Source of the DNA: Patescibacteria group bacterium
Lineage (GTDB): Bacteria > Patescibacteriota > Patescibacteriia > Magasanikbacterales > UBA922
Direction: 5' to 3'
NCBI GenBank assembly: GCA_041651535.1
Contig: JBAZIZ010000004.1
Location: 24,341 to 88,340, forward strand
DNA length: 64,000 bases
In this document: positions 1-10,594 of the stretch, piece after piece
How positions within the stretch are numbered: the stretch's first letter is position 1
Layout: the number at the start of each line of letters is the position of its first letter
The notes under the pieces: generated by a model
Told to the model about the DNA's origin: nothing
The model's database searches: none
Seen by the model: the letters and a program-made list of their open reading frames with translations, nothing else
Made by a program: the position numbers and the translations under genes

Positions 1-1266
1 CTTATCGTATTCGTGCATCTTGATTTGAGAAGATATTTGTTTTGATGTTTCTATAGCAACTGAAACCACGATTAACAAACTAGTACCACCAATAACTAAA
101 GATTGTGATCCTGAGAAAGCTTGAAAAACAAAAGGTAAAATCGCTATTACAGCTAGAAAACTAGCTCCAGAAAAAAGTAATTTTGACATTGTTTTTTCCA
201 AATATTCTTCTGTCTGAGAACCAGGTCTGATACCAGGAATAAAGGCTCCTTGTCTTTGAAGATTTTCCGCCATTTTTTTTGGATGAAAAATAACTGCTGT
301 ATAAAAATAAGTAAAACCAAATACCAAGACAAAATATACTATTCCGTAAATTAATTGGTTGTTAAAAACTTTTATAGTAAAATTTGCTAATCTACCAATA
401 ATTCCACTATAATTTACAAAAAATTGAGAAATCATTGAAGGAAACAAAACAACAGAAATTGCAAAGATAATCGGTATAACCCCAGCCATATTTACTCGTA
501 AAGGTAAATGGGAACTATTTCCACCAAATGTTCTACCACCACGAGTTTGTCTAGCATAAGTTACTGGAATATTTCTTTGTCCTTCGCTTATAATAACCAC
601 ACCCACTATTGTTAATACAGCCAAACCAGCAAAAAGTAAGTACATGTATAATTGGGATGGATTATAGTTAATAATGAATTTTTGTAGAGTACCTGGAAAA
701 GAAGAAACTATTCCAGCAAAGATTAATAAAGAAACTCCATTGCCGATTTTATTTTCAGTTATAAGTTCTCCTATCCACATCAAAAACATTGTACCTGCAC
801 TGATAGTTAACATTATTGCTATATAAGTAAAAGTATTTAGATCAGCAAAAATATTTTGTTGTGATTGATTCAATAATTTAATCATAGCAAAAGCTTGTAA
901 CAAAGCTAAAGGAACAGTAGCTATTCTAGTGTAAGTATTAATTTTCTTTTGTCCTGATTCACCTTCTTTTGTTAATTCTTCAAGACTAGGAACTACCATT
1001 GCTAATAATTGGAAAATAATTGAAGCTGTAATATAAGGAGCTACACCAAGCATAACTATAGAAAAATTTTCCATAGTACCACCTGAAAACATATTTAATA
1101 AACCTAAAACTTGATTTCCTTCTAAAAAAGCTTTAAGATTTTCTGTATTTATTCCAGGAATTGGGATATGAGCTGCTAATCTAAATATAACAAGCATTGA
1201 GATAACAAAAATAATTTTCTTTCTCAAATCTTTTATCTTCCAAATTTTTCTTAAATTTTCGATCAT
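1..1266 (-). CDS. secY: Preprotein translocase subunit SecY (stop codon just outside the window)
   Basis: Manual translation from ATG at 1266 gives MIENLRKIWKIKDLRRKIIFVISMLVIFRLAAHIPIPG...GVAPYITASII...GTSLLIVVSV...KMHEYDK. It follows rplO as expected. Not in the ORF track. Confidence 0.97.
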   Translation of the reverse strand, partial: MIENLRKIWKIKDLRKKIIFVISMLVIFRLAAHIPIPGINTENLKAFLEGNQVLGLLNMFSGGTMENFSIVMLGVAPYITASIIFQLLAMVVPSLEELTKEGESGQKKINTYTRIATVPLALLQAFAMIKLLNQSQQNIFADLNTFTYIAIMLTISAGTMFLMWIGELITENKIGNGVSLLIFAGIVSSFPGTLQKFIINYNPSQLYMYLLFAGLAVLTIVGVVIISEGQRNIPVTYARQTRGGRTFGGNSSHLPLRVNMAGVIPIIFAISVVLFPSMISQFFVNYSGIIGRLANFTIKVFNNQLIYGIVYFVLVFGFTYFYTAVIFHPKKMAENLQRQGAFIPGIRPGSQTEEYLEKTMSKLLFSGASFLAVIAILPFVFQAFSGSQSLVIGGTSLLIVVSVAIETSKQISSQIKMHEYDK

Positions 1267-1309
1267 AAAATTATTTCTACTTTAATTAATTTAACAACAA
1301 ACTGGCATT

Positions 1310-1753
1310 TTAGAATACCAGTTTACCGCCTGCCTTTTCTATAGCTTCGGCAGCTTTTTTTGTCGCAAGACAATTTTTTACAATAAGTTTTTTCTTTAAT
1401 TCTCCAGAGCCAACAATTTTAACTCCGTTTTTAATATTTTTAATTAAACCTTTTTCTTTTAAGAAAAAAATATTAATTTCTTTTCCGTCTACAGCATTTT
1501 TTTCCAACACTGTTAAAGTTATCACTTCAGGTTTATTTTTTATACTATTAAAACCTCTAACTTTAGGAATTTGTTGTATTTGTCTTTTAAGAGTATGTTT
1601 TGTAAGTCCACCTTTACCACCAGAACGAGCTTTTTGGCCTTTTAATCCTCTAGCAGAATAGCTCCCTTTTCCACTACCATTTCCTCTACCTAATCTCTTT
1701 ACATTTTTTTTAACTCTTTTACCAGATGAAATTTTTGATGCGTCTAAAATCAT
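1310..1753 (-). CDS. rplO: 50S ribosomal protein L15
   Basis: RLGRGNGSGKG...RGLKGQKARSG motif; spc operon position. Confidence 0.97.
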   Translation of the reverse strand: MILDASKISSGKRVKKNVKRLGRGNGSGKGSYSARGLKGQKARSGGKGGLTKHTLKRQIQQIPKVRGFNSIKNKPEVITLTVLEKNAVDGKEINIFFLKEKGLIKNIKNGVKIVGSGELKKKLIVKNCLATKKAAEAIEKAGGKLVF

Positions 1754-1763
1754 ATAAATCTAA

Positions 1764-2405
1764 TTATTTTTTTGAATCTTTTTTCTTAGTTGATATTTTT
1801 GTAATTTCTTTTTTTACTTCAACATTTTCTTTAACATTTTTTTTGATTTTAGTTTCTTTTTTTATTTCTATTTTTTCTTCAACTTTTGAGTCAACTTTTG
1901 CTTTTCTACTGTTCATTATTCTAACAGCTTCTGGTTTAAAACTTTGTAAAGCTTCAAAAGCAGCTTTAACATTAACTATTTTGTTATTTGTCTTTCCTAA
2001 TAATTTAGCAGAAGCATTTGGTACTCCAGCTAATTCTAAAACCATTCTAACAGAACTTCCAGCAATAATACCACTTCCTTTAGGAGCTGGTTTGATCATT
2101 ACTTTTCCAGATTTAAATTTAGCTTCAACTCTATGAGGAATTGTTACATCATTAAAAGGTATATTAATAATATTCTTTTTTGCTTGTAACAATGCTTTTT
2201 CTACTGCGATTTGTACATCTTTTCCTTTTTGTATTCCATAACCTACACGTCCTTTTCTATCTCCGATCAAAATACAAGCTCGGAAACTTAGATGTTTTCC
2301 GCCTTTTGTAACACGAGTTACTCTAGCTAAATCTACTATAGCCTGATCAAATTCAGGTTTTTCTTTTTTTTCATTAGATTGTTTTTTTCTTTTAAAATTT
2401 GGCAT
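1764..2405 (-). CDS. rpsE: 30S ribosomal protein S5 with Lys/Glu-rich C-terminal extension
   Basis: RVTRVTKGG and PAPKGSGIIAG motifs. Confidence 0.97.
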   Translation of the reverse strand: MPNFKRKKQSNEKKEKPEFDQAIVDLARVTRVTKGGKHLSFRACILIGDRKGRVGYGIQKGKDVQIAVEKALLQAKKNIINIPFNDVTIPHRVEAKFKSGKVMIKPAPKGSGIIAGSSVRMVLELAGVPNASAKLLGKTNNKIVNVKAAFEALQSFKPEAVRIMNSRKAKVDSKVEEKIEIKKETKIKKNVKENVEVKKEITKISTKKKDSKK

Positions 2406-2432
2406 ACTTTTTCAAAATTGTATATTTAAAAA

Positions 2433-2804
2433 TTAAAATTTTAAACCGCCATCACGAGCTCCTTCGGCTACAGCAGCTACTCTACCGTGATATAAATTTC
2501 CACCTCTATCAAAAACAACTTCAGTAATTTTAAGTTCTTTTGCTTTTTCTGCCAAAGCTCTACCTAATAAATAACTTTGAGCAATTTTGCCTTTTCTTTC
2601 TCCAACATCACCTTTTTTTATATCAGTATTTTTATCATTGACACAAGCTAAAGTTTTTCCTTCATTATCATCAATAAGTTGTATATTCAATTTTGTTAAA
2701 CTTCTAAAAACGCTAAGTCTAGGTCTTTGTTTTGTACCTTTTACGATAGCTCTAATTCTAGCATGTCTTCTGATTTTTTTTATTGTTTTTGTATTATTTT
2801 TCAT
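2433..2804 (-). CDS. rplR: 50S ribosomal protein L18
   Basis: RPRLSVFRS and VVFDRGGNLYHGRV motifs. Confidence 0.97.
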   Translation of the reverse strand: MKNNTKTIKKIRRHARIRAIVKGTKQRPRLSVFRSLTKLNIQLIDDNEGKTLACVNDKNTDIKKGDVGERKGKIAQSYLLGRALAEKAKELKITEVVFDRGGNLYHGRVAAVAEGARDGGLKF

Positions 2805-2814
2805 ATTTTAAAAA

Positions 2815-3360
2815 TTATTCACCTTTAGATGCTGTTTTTCCGGCTTTTTTTCTAATTATTTCATCAAGATATTTTATTCCTTTTCCTTTGTATGGTTCTG
2901 GTTTTCTCAATGCTCTGATTTCAGCAGCTGTAATTCCTAACAATTCTTTGTCAGCTGAAAAAAGAGTAATTTGATTTTTTTCTACTTTTACTTCAACAAC
3001 TTCAGGTATTTTAAAAATTACTGGATGAGAAAAACCTAATTCTAATTTTAAATCTTTACCTTGCATCGCAACTTTATAACCAACTCCATTTATTTCTAAA
3101 ACTTTTGTAAAACCTTTTGTAACACCATCTATCATATTTTGTATATGACTAGCATATGTTCCCCAAAGAGATCTTTCTTTTTTATCTTCTTCATTTTTTA
3201 CAGAAACTGATAAAAAATTATCATTTTTATTTATAGTAATTAGATCATTTATTTTTCTTTCCAATTTACCTTTAGAACCTTGGACGAAAATTGTTTTGTC
3301 TTTTATTTCAACATTTACGCCTTGTGGTATTTCTATTGTCTTTTTTCCTATTCTGGACAT
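2815..3360 (-). CDS. rplF: 50S ribosomal protein L6
   Basis: MSRIGK start; RKPEPYKGKGI motif. Confidence 0.98.
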   Translation of the reverse strand: MSRIGKKTIEIPQGVNVEIKDKTIFVQGSKGKLERKINDLITINKNDNFLSVSVKNEEDKKERSLWGTYASHIQNMIDGVTKGFTKVLEINGVGYKVAMQGKDLKLELGFSHPVIFKIPEVVEVKVEKNQITLFSADKELLGITAAEIRALRKPEPYKGKGIKYLDEIIRKKAGKTASKGE

Positions 3361-3376
3361 AATAAAAAAATTAAAA

Positions 3377-3769
3377 TTAATAACAAGAGCAGATTATTTC
3401 GCCGCCAAGACCTTGTTTTTTTGCTTCTTTAGCTGACATAATTCCTTTCGAAGTTGAAACAACAGCTAATCCATAACCATTCAAAATATTAGGCATTTCT
3501 GTAGATTTTTTATAAACTCTGTGTCCAGGTTTACTCTCTCTAACCAAAGAAGTTATTGCCGGTTGTTTATTTTCCGCATATTTTAATTCAATACGAATCA
3601 TAGCAGGATTCTCTTCCGTTTTTTCTACTTTGTTTAAATAAGATTCTTTTAAAAGAATATTTGCTAGAGCAAATTTAAGCTTTGAAAAAGGTATTTCAAC
3701 ATTTTGCTTTTTTGACATCTGAGCATTTCTTATTCTTGTAAGCATGTCTGCTATTGGGTCAGTCATCAT
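3377..3769 (-). CDS. rpsH: 30S ribosomal protein S8
   Basis: DPIADMLTRIRNA and STSKGIM motifs. Confidence 0.98.
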   Translation of the reverse strand: MMTDPIADMLTRIRNAQMSKKQNVEIPFSKLKFALANILLKESYLNKVEKTEENPAMIRIELKYAENKQPAITSLVRESKPGHRVYKKSTEMPNILNGYGLAVVSTSKGIMSAKEAKKQGLGGEIICSCY

Positions 3770-3826
3770 AATGATATTTTATTAAAATTTTAAATTATTT
3801 TTTATTATTAATATATTAAAATCAGT

Positions 3827-4012
3827 CTACCAACTAGATTTTTTAACACCTGGAATCATTCCTTTATTAGCCATTTCTCTAAAACAGATACGGCAAATTC
3901 CAAATTTTCTCATATATCCTCTTTTTCTTCCGCATTTCCAACAACGATTAACTTTTCTAGTGCTAAATTTTGGTGTTCTATTTGATTTTGCTTTTTGTCC
4001 TTGTGTAGCCAT
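3827..4012 (-). CDS. rpsN: 30S ribosomal protein S14, zinc-binding type Z
   Basis: 61 aa, CxxC...CRIC, ends KSSW. Confidence 0.97.
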   Translation of the reverse strand: MATQGQKAKSNRTPKFSTRKVNRCWKCGRKRGYMRKFGICRICFREMANKGMIPGVKKSSW

Positions 4013-4019
4013 ATTTAAA

Positions 4020-4565
4020 TTACTTATCTTTTTTAAATGGTAAACCTATTTTTTCCAATAAAGCGCGTCCTGTTTTATTATCATTTGCGCTAGTACTGAT
4101 AACTACTTCTAAACCATGAATTTGATCAGCAGCATCACCACTAATTTCTGGAAAAGCTAATTGTTCTTTAAATCCAATTGTATAATTTCCTCTACCATCA
4201 AAACTTTTTGGATTCAATCCTCGAAAATCTTTTACACGAGGTAATGTAAAATTTATTAATTTATATAAAAAATCATACATTTTATCTCCTCTCAAAGTCA
4301 CTGATGAACCTACTGGAGCTCCTTCTCTAATTTTAAAGTTAGAGATTGATTTTTTTGCCAAATTTCTTATTGGTTTTTGGCTAGTAATTATTTTTATTGT
4401 TTCTTCTATTCTTTCAATATAAGCTTTTTCTTTATTATGTCTACCATAACCAACATTAATAATCACCTTTTCTATTTTTGGAACTTGCATTATATTTGCT
4501 AAACCCAGCTCATCTTTTAAGAGAGGTACTATTTCTTTATATTTTTTATATAAATTTGATTTCAT
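4020..4565 (-). CDS. rplE: 50S ribosomal protein L5
   Basis: [17 protein letters not shown] and FDGRGNY motifs; start moved to the ATG at 4565 to avoid overlap with rplX. Confidence 0.96.
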   Translation of the reverse strand: MKSNLYKKYKEIVPLLKDELGLANIMQVPKIEKVIINVGYGRHNKEKAYIERIEETIKIITSQKPIRNLAKKSISNFKIREGAPVGSSVTLRGDKMYDFLYKLINFTLPRVKDFRGLNPKSFDGRGNYTIGFKEQLAFPEISGDAADQIHGLEVVISTSANDNKTGRALLEKIGLPFKKDK

Positions 4566-4575
4566 AATTTTTTTA

Positions 4576-4896
4576 TTAATCAATTAATTCTTTTGTCTTT
4601 TTTGAAATTCTTTTTTTATCTTGTCCTTCTTTAGTATAACCGACTCTTGTTGTTTTTTTTGTTTTAGCTTCAATCAAAAGCACATTACTTATATCCATAG
4701 TAGCTGGTAATTCTATTACTTGACCCTTTTCTCCTCTTTTTCCGGAACGCATATGTTTTTTTAAAATATTTACTCCTTCTACTACAACTAAATTTTGTTG
4801 TTTTTTTTCATTAAACAAAACTTGGATAACTTTACCAGTTTTTCCTTTATCTTTTCCTGATAATATTTTTACATTGTCGCCTGTTTTTATTTTCAT
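4576..4896 (-). CDS. rplX: 50S ribosomal protein L24
   Basis: KOW motif GDNVKILSGKDKGKTGKV. Confidence 0.97.
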   Translation of the reverse strand: MKIKTGDNVKILSGKDKGKTGKVIQVLFNEKKQQNLVVVEGVNILKKHMRSGKRGEKGQVIELPATMDISNVLLIEAKTKKTTRVGYTKEGQDKKRISKKTKELID

Positions 4897-4915
4897 ATTT
4901 TTTATTTTTTATAAA

Positions 4916-5287
4916 TTATACTACTTCCGGAGCCAATGAAACAATTTTCTGATATCCTTTTGTTCTAATTTCTCTAGCTATCGGTCCAAAAATACGAGTA
5001 CCTTTAGGCTCTTTATTTTTTTTGTCAATTATAACAGCAGCATTTTCATCAAAACGAATGTAAGTGCCGTCTTTTCTTCTTAATTCTTTTCTTTGTCTAA
5101 CTATAACCACATGAACCACTTCACCTTTTTTAACTGCGGCTCTTGGTATGGCCTCTTTTACACTACAAGTAACAATATCACCAATTATGGCAAAACGTTT
5201 TTTATAACCACCAAGAACTCTTATACACATAAGTTTTTTGGCTCCGCTATTGTCTGCTACTTTTAGTATGCTTCTGTGTTGAATCAT
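4916..5287 (-). CDS. rplN: 50S ribosomal protein L14
   Basis: VADNSGAK and GTRIFGP motifs. Confidence 0.98.
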   Translation of the reverse strand: MIQHRSILKVADNSGAKKLMCIRVLGGYKKRFAIIGDIVTCSVKEAIPRAAVKKGEVVHVVIVRQRKELRRKDGTYIRFDENAAVIIDKKNKEPKGTRIFGPIAREIRTKGYQKIVSLAPEVV

Positions 5288-5296
5288 ATAAATATT

Positions 5297-5557
5297 TTAT
5301 TTTGTATTTAAAACTTTGCTTAGTTTCCATTTCTTTGTTTTACTAATTGGACGACATTCTTCAAATAAAACTAGATCGCCTTCTTTTGCTAAAGATTGTT
5401 CATCATGAACTGCAAATTTTTTTGATACTAAATATTGTTTTTTATATTTAGGATGCATTTTTTTTGTCTTAACCAAAACAGTGATAGTTTTTTCAGTTTT
5501 AGCACTGACTACCTGACCATCAAATTTTCTTTTATTTTTATTTTCTGTCTTTTCCAT
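5297..5557 (-). CDS. rpsQ: 30S ribosomal protein S17
   Basis: HPKYKK and ECRPISKTKKW motifs. Confidence 0.97.
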   Translation of the reverse strand: MEKTENKNKRKFDGQVVSAKTEKTITVLVKTKKMHPKYKKQYLVSKKFAVHDEQSLAKEGDLVLFEECRPISKTKKWKLSKVLNTK

Positions 5558-5565
5558 AAAATTAA

Positions 5566-5751
5566 TTATTTTTTAGAATTTATAAAAGTTAAAATTCTGG
5601 CGATATCTTTTTTTATTTTATCTATTTTTTTAACATTTTTTAATTGGTTTTCACTAGCTTCAAAACGCAAAGATCTGAGTTCTTCTCTATTTTCAGCCAA
5701 AGATTCGTGTAATTCTTTTAAACCTTTATTTTTTAATTCTTTATAATCCAT
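5566..5751 (-). CDS. rpmC: 50S ribosomal protein L29
   Basis: KKDIARILT motif; position between rplP and rpsQ. Confidence 0.95.
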   Translation of the reverse strand: MDYKELKNKGLKELHESLAENREELRSLRFEASENQLKNVKKIDKIKKDIARILTFINSKK

Positions 5752-5760
5752 ATGTTTGTC

Positions 5761-6174
5761 TTAATTTTTTTTAACTACCACAGCCTTTATTGGTAATTTA
5801 TGTTTTGCACTTTCTAAAGCTTCTTTAGCTTGGTCTTCTGGTATACCTGACATTTCAAACATAACAGTTCCAGGTTTAACTGTACAAACATAATGATCCG
5901 GAGAACCTTTACCTTTACCCATAGGTACTTCGCTACCTTTTTTTGTAACAGGTCTATCTGGAAAAATTCTAATCCAAATTTTTCCTGAACGTTTTATGTA
6001 GCGAGTCAAAACTCTACGAGCTGCTTCTATTTGTCTTGAAGTTACCCAAGAATGAGAAATAGCTTTCAAACCAAAAGCACCAAAAGCAACAGTATTAGTG
6101 CGTGAAGCACAACCTTTATTCATTCTTCTTGGTTTATGCCATTTTCTATGTTTTACTTTTTTTGGTATCAACAT
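5761..6174 (-). CDS. rplP: 50S ribosomal protein L16
   Basis: RQIEAAR, WIRIFPD and MGKGKG motifs. Confidence 0.98.
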   Translation of the reverse strand: MLIPKKVKHRKWHKPRRMNKGCASRTNTVAFGAFGLKAISHSWVTSRQIEAARRVLTRYIKRSGKIWIRIFPDRPVTKKGSEVPMGKGKGSPDHYVCTVKPGTVMFEMSGIPEDQAKEALESAKHKLPIKAVVVKKN

Positions 6175-6175
6175 A

Positions 6176-6895
6176 TTATTTATTTATATTTCTTCTATTA
6201 GTTTTTTTAAAACCTCTATCATTTTTTAGAGCTTCTTTTTTTTCAGCTAATTTATCAATTATTGAAAAAGATTCTCCTTTATAAATCCAAACTTTAACTC
6301 CAATTTTTCCATAAAGTGTGTCGGCTTCACGATTACTATAATCAACATTTGATCTTAAAGTAATTAAAGGTATTTTTCCAGAAGAAAGAGTTTCTCTACG
6401 AGCAATTTCAACTCCGTTTAATCTACCAGAAAGAGATATTTTTATACCTTCAACTCCTGATTTCATAACTCGTTCAATTGAATTTTTCATAACTCTTCTA
6501 AAAGGCATACGATTTTCGATATCTTTAGCAACCAATTGAGCTATAACTTCAGCTGAATGAGAAGGATTTTTTACTTCTTGAATATTTAATTTTACTTTTA
6601 CTGACATTTTTAAAAATTGTCTTTCAATATTTTTTCTTAAATCATCTAAACCTTGTCCACCTCTACCTATAATTATTCCAGGTTTTGCAGCAAAAATAGT
6701 TATGGTCATATTTTTTGGACCACGTTCAATGAATACTTCGTCTATCAATGCTTCTTTAAATATTTTTTTCAAATATTCACGAATATTAATATCTTCTTCC
6801 AAATAAGTTTTGTAGTTATTTTTTCCTACCCAACGTGAACTCCATGGAAACAAAACACCTATTCTGTGAATTTTTGGATGTACTTTATGACCCAT
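6176..6895 (-). CDS. rpsC: 30S ribosomal protein S3
   Basis: MGHKVHP start, KH motif PGIIIGRGG, GVKVWIYKGE. Confidence 0.98.
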   Translation of the reverse strand: MGHKVHPKIHRIGVLFPWSSRWVGKNNYKTYLEEDINIREYLKKIFKEALIDEVFIERGPKNMTITIFAAKPGIIIGRGGQGLDDLRKNIERQFLKMSVKVKLNIQEVKNPSHSAEVIAQLVAKDIENRMPFRRVMKNSIERVMKSGVEGIKISLSGRLNGVEIARRETLSSGKIPLITLRSNVDYSNREADTLYGKIGVKVWIYKGESFSIIDKLAEKKEALKNDRGFKKTNRRNINK

Positions 6896-6898
6896 AAA

Positions 6899-7393
6899 CT
6901 ATTTATTATTTTCTTTTAAAATTTTTGTTTTTTTTGTTTTTGTGTCTTTTTTTTCAGTTTTTCTTTCTTTAACTATTGTCTTTGTTTTCTTTACAACTGT
7001 TTCTTTTTTAGCCTTTACTTTTTTTTCTTCATTTTTTGTTTCTTCTTTTTGTTCTTGATCGCCAACCAAAACTAAAATAATATGAGAATTTCTTTTTCTA
7101 AGTGGTGTAGCTCTTCCCATAGCCCTAGGCATCCATCTATACAAAGTTTTACCTTCATCAACTCTAATTGAATCAATTTTTAATGTTTCAATTTTTAAAT
7201 TATGATTATGTTTTGCATTAGCTATAGCCGATTTTAATAATTTTTTAACAGGCAAAGCAGCATTTTTAGATGAAAATTGTAACTGAGTTAATGCTTCTTC
7301 AACCGAAAGACCACGAATTAAATCAACAATCAATCTCACTTTTTGTGGACTCATTCTTAAATTGTTTAATTTTGCTGTTGTTTTTACTTGCAT
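6899..7393 (-). CDS. rplV: 50S ribosomal protein L22 with Lys-rich C-terminal tail
   Basis: SPQKVRL and PRAMGRA motifs. Confidence 0.97.
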   Translation of the reverse strand: MQVKTTAKLNNLRMSPQKVRLIVDLIRGLSVEEALTQLQFSSKNAALPVKKLLKSAIANAKHNHNLKIETLKIDSIRVDEGKTLYRWMPRAMGRATPLRKRNSHIILVLVGDQEQKEETKNEEKKVKAKKETVVKKTKTIVKERKTEKKDTKTKKTKILKENNK

Positions 7394-7404
7394 ATTTTTA
7401 TTTT

Positions 7405-7686
7405 TTATTTCTTTTCTTCTTTAGCCATTTTACCACCATGATTTATAAATTTTTTAGTAAAAGAAAATTCACCTAATTTATGACCAACCATATTTTCTTC
7501 AACAAATACATCAAGAAAATTCTTTCCATTGTGGACTAAAAAAGTAAAACCAACCATTTCAGGAGTAATAGTGCAAGCTCTCGCCCAAGTTTTAATTGGT
7601 TTTTTATCTTTTGTTTCAATTGCTTTTTTGACTTTATCAACCAATTTTTGATCGATATAAGGACCTTTTTTTAAACTTCTTGACAT
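7405..7686 (-). CDS. rpsS: 30S ribosomal protein S19
   Basis: MSRSLKKGP start; MVGHKLGEF motif. Confidence 0.98.
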   Translation of the reverse strand: MSRSLKKGPYIDQKLVDKVKKAIETKDKKPIKTWARACTITPEMVGFTFLVHNGKNFLDVFVEENMVGHKLGEFSFTKKFINHGGKMAKEEKK

Positions 7687-7694
7687 ATTTTTTA

Positions 7695-8537
7695 TTATTT
7701 TCTCTTATTTTTTCTTCTTTGTAAAATAAATTTATCACTAGTTCTTGGTTTTCTTGTTTTAACCCCCAAGGCTGGTTTACCCCATTTTGTTTTTGGAGCT
7801 TTTAAACCGATAGGAGAATGTCCTTCACCACCTCCATGTGGATGGTCTACCGGGTTCATATTTTTTCCTTTAACTGTTGGTCTAATACCTCTGTGTCTGC
7901 TGCGACCAGCTTTTCCCCATCTAATTAATTTCCAATCAGAATTACTTACTTGACCAATACTAGCTAAACATTCTTTTTTAACTATTCTTATTTCTGAAGA
8001 AGGCATTTTTAATTGAGCATATTTTCCTTCAATAACCATTAATTGTGCTCCTATTCCTGCTCCTCTTGCTATTTGTCCACCTTTTCCAGGTTCTAATTCA
8101 ACGTTATAAACAAACATACCAGCTGGAATATATTCCAAAGGCATTCTATAAGCTGTTTTAGGTTCAATTTTATTTTTTGAAGATATTACTAAATCACCAA
8201 CTTTTAATCCATCAGGGGCAATTACATAAGATTTTTCTTTATTGCTAACATATTCAATTAAAGCAATTCTTGAACTACGATTTGGATCATACTCAATTGC
8301 GATTACTTTTGCTTCCAAGTCATATTTGTTTTGTCTAAAATCTACTAGTCTATATAATTTTTTTACTCCAGCACCTTTATGACGAACGGTTATTCTACCT
8401 TGGTTATTTCTTCCAGCATGTGTTTTTAAGAAAACTGTTAATGATTTTTCTGGTTTTGTTTTTGTGATATCAGAAAAATCCTGAACACTTGATTTTCTTC
8501 TTCCTGCTGTTGTTGGTTTGTATAATTTTACTGCCAT
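7695..8537 (-). CDS. rplB: 50S ribosomal protein L2
   Basis: [16 protein letters not shown] and [13 protein letters not shown] motifs. Confidence 0.99.
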   Translation of the reverse strand: MAVKLYKPTTAGRRKSSVQDFSDITKTKPEKSLTVFLKTHAGRNNQGRITVRHKGAGVKKLYRLVDFRQNKYDLEAKVIAIEYDPNRSSRIALIEYVSNKEKSYVIAPDGLKVGDLVISSKNKIEPKTAYRMPLEYIPAGMFVYNVELEPGKGGQIARGAGIGAQLMVIEGKYAQLKMPSSEIRIVKKECLASIGQVSNSDWKLIRWGKAGRSRHRGIRPTVKGKNMNPVDHPHGGGEGHSPIGLKAPKTKWGKPALGVKTRKPRTSDKFILQRRKNKRK

Positions 8538-8560
8538 ATTATTTTTTTATTTCCTGTTTA

Positions 8561-8953
8561 TTATACTCCTTCATGGATATGAATAGATTTGCCTTTTGGC
8601 AAAGAAACGATAGCTTTTTTATAATCACTTTTTTTACCAGAAGTTACTCCAAATCTTTTCTTTTTACCTTCAACATTTATCATTGAAACTGATTTTGCTT
8701 GAATACCAAAAAGATTTTTAATTGCTTTTTTTACATCTTCTTTGGTAGCTTTTCTGTTTACAACAAAAACATATTTATTTTGCATTTCTAATCTAGTGGC
8801 TTTTTCACTAATAACTGTTTTTTGCAAAACTCTATAAGCCAAACCTGTTTTATTATTTTTTTTAACTTCTTTCTTTTCTTCATTTTTTACAGGTTTTTCA
8901 GCCTTTTTTATTTCTTTAGTTTTTGTTTTTGATAATTTATTTATAATACCCAT
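8561..8953 (-). CDS. rplW: 50S ribosomal protein L23 with Lys-rich N-terminal extension
   Basis: ISEKA...NKYVF and KKAIVSL motifs. Confidence 0.95.
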   Translation of the reverse strand: MGIINKLSKTKTKEIKKAEKPVKNEEKKEVKKNNKTGLAYRVLQKTVISEKATRLEMQNKYVFVVNRKATKEDVKKAIKNLFGIQAKSVSMINVEGKKKRFGVTSGKKSDYKKAIVSLPKGKSIHIHEGV

Positions 8954-8959
8954 ATAATT

Positions 8960-9592
8960 TTATTTTTTCGCTAAACGATTCTCTAAAATTTTAAATGAAT
9001 CTAAAGACATGATTAAATTTTTATTTGATAGAAGATTCAAAACATTCAAATCTTGAGCTCTGATAATATTTAAATCCTTTAAATTTCTTACAGCCAAAAC
9101 TGTTTTTGCATCATTTTCATTTGCTACAAACAAACTTTTTTTCAAAGAAATGTTAATTTTTTTAAATACATCTTCCATTTCTTTTGTTTTTGGTTCAGCA
9201 CCAAATTGTTCAAAAATAAATAATTTATCAGCTTTAATTTTATTATCAAGACACATTGCAAAAGCTTTTCTATTCATTTTTTTATTTATTTTTTGTTTGT
9301 AATTTCTTAAATTTGTTGGACCAAAAGTAATACCTCCACCAACCCAAATTGGTGATCTGTTTGAACCATGACGGGCTCTTCCAGTTCCTTTTTGTTTCCA
9401 AGGTTTTTTTCCACCTCCACTAACTTCTCCTCTGTCTTTTGTATAAGCCCAAGGTTGTCTAGCATTAGCACGCAAAGCTTCAAAAACTTGATGGATAAGA
9501 CTTTTTTTAATTTCAACATCAAAAACTTCTTTGTTTAAATCCAAATCTTTTACTTTGTCGCCTTTTAAATTATAAACTGCTATTTTTGTCAT
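8960..9592 (-). CDS. rplD: 50S ribosomal protein L4
   Basis: KPWKQKGTGRARHG motif. Confidence 0.98.
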   Translation of the reverse strand: MTKIAVYNLKGDKVKDLDLNKEVFDVEIKKSLIHQVFEALRANARQPWAYTKDRGEVSGGGKKPWKQKGTGRARHGSNRSPIWVGGGITFGPTNLRNYKQKINKKMNRKAFAMCLDNKIKADKLFIFEQFGAEPKTKEMEDVFKKINISLKKSLFVANENDAKTVLAVRNLKDLNIIRAQDLNVLNLLSNKNLIMSLDSFKILENRLAKK

Positions 9593-9638
9593 ATTTTTTA
9601 TTTTAGCTTGAATTTTTCTCTTTTTAATTTATGATGTT

Positions 9639-10358
9639 TTATTTTGTTTCATTAACATTTTCTTCAACAGAATTTTCTACATTATTTACAGTTTCTGTTT
9701 TTTTATTATCTTTTCTTGGGTCTATTTTACCTTCATCTGTAAAAATATAAAGCAAAGAATTTCTTGCTCCTGGGACAGCTCCTTTTAAATAAATTTCGTT
9801 ATTGTTTAAATCAATTTTAACTACTTCTAAATTTTTTACAGTTACTTGAGCATCACCCATATGTCCGCCCATTCTCATACCTTTAAAAACTCTTTGTGGA
9901 CCAGTTGCTCCGATAGAACCAGGCATTCTTAATTGATCTTTATGACCATGTGTTGCTAAAGAACCAGAAAATCCATGTCTTTTAACGACACCTTGAAAAC
10001 CTTTTCCTTTACTCATTCCAGTAACTTGAACTTTTTCTCCAACAGAAAAAATTTCAGCCCCAAATATATCACCTTTTTTAAGATCATTATTATTTTTAAA
10101 TTCACGTAAAAAACGGACAGAATTATTTTTGTCCTCACTTAAATGAATATCTTTTAAATGTCCTTTTTGAGCTTGGTTAAATCTAAAAATTTTTTGACTG
10201 CCAAAACCCAATTGGACAGAATCATTATTGTCTTTTTCTTTTGTTTTTACTTGAGAAATAATGCAAGGGCCAGCCACAATTTTTGTGACAGGAACAACGG
10301 CTCCGTCTTCACGAAAAACCTGTGTCATTTCAATTTTTTTTCCGATGATAAATTTCAT
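9639..10358 (-). CDS. rplC: 50S ribosomal protein L3
   Basis: SKGKGFQGVVKRHGF and KGAVPG motifs. Confidence 0.98.
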   Translation of the reverse strand: MKFIIGKKIEMTQVFREDGAVVPVTKIVAGPCIISQVKTKEKDNNDSVQLGFGSQKIFRFNQAQKGHLKDIHLSEDKNNSVRFLREFKNNNDLKKGDIFGAEIFSVGEKVQVTGMSKGKGFQGVVKRHGFSGSLATHGHKDQLRMPGSIGATGPQRVFKGMRMGGHMGDAQVTVKNLEVVKIDLNNNEIYLKGAVPGARNSLLYIFTDEGKIDPRKDNKKTETVNNVENSVEENVNETK

Positions 10359-10594
10359 ATTTTTATAAACAATTTGTGTATAAATCTTCTAAACAAAAAA
10401 CTAGAAGTGAATATACAAAAAAAATAATATTCTCACTTCTAGCCTTTAGCATTAATGGGTATAGGCTTTTTATTAAAAATTTATGTAATGAATTTTCTCC
10501 GACAGTTTTTTTTCTAACAAATGTTTTTCTCTTATTTTAGACAAGAAAATCTTATTTGTCTTTAAAAAAAATGTTTGATTTTTAATGTGAGATT

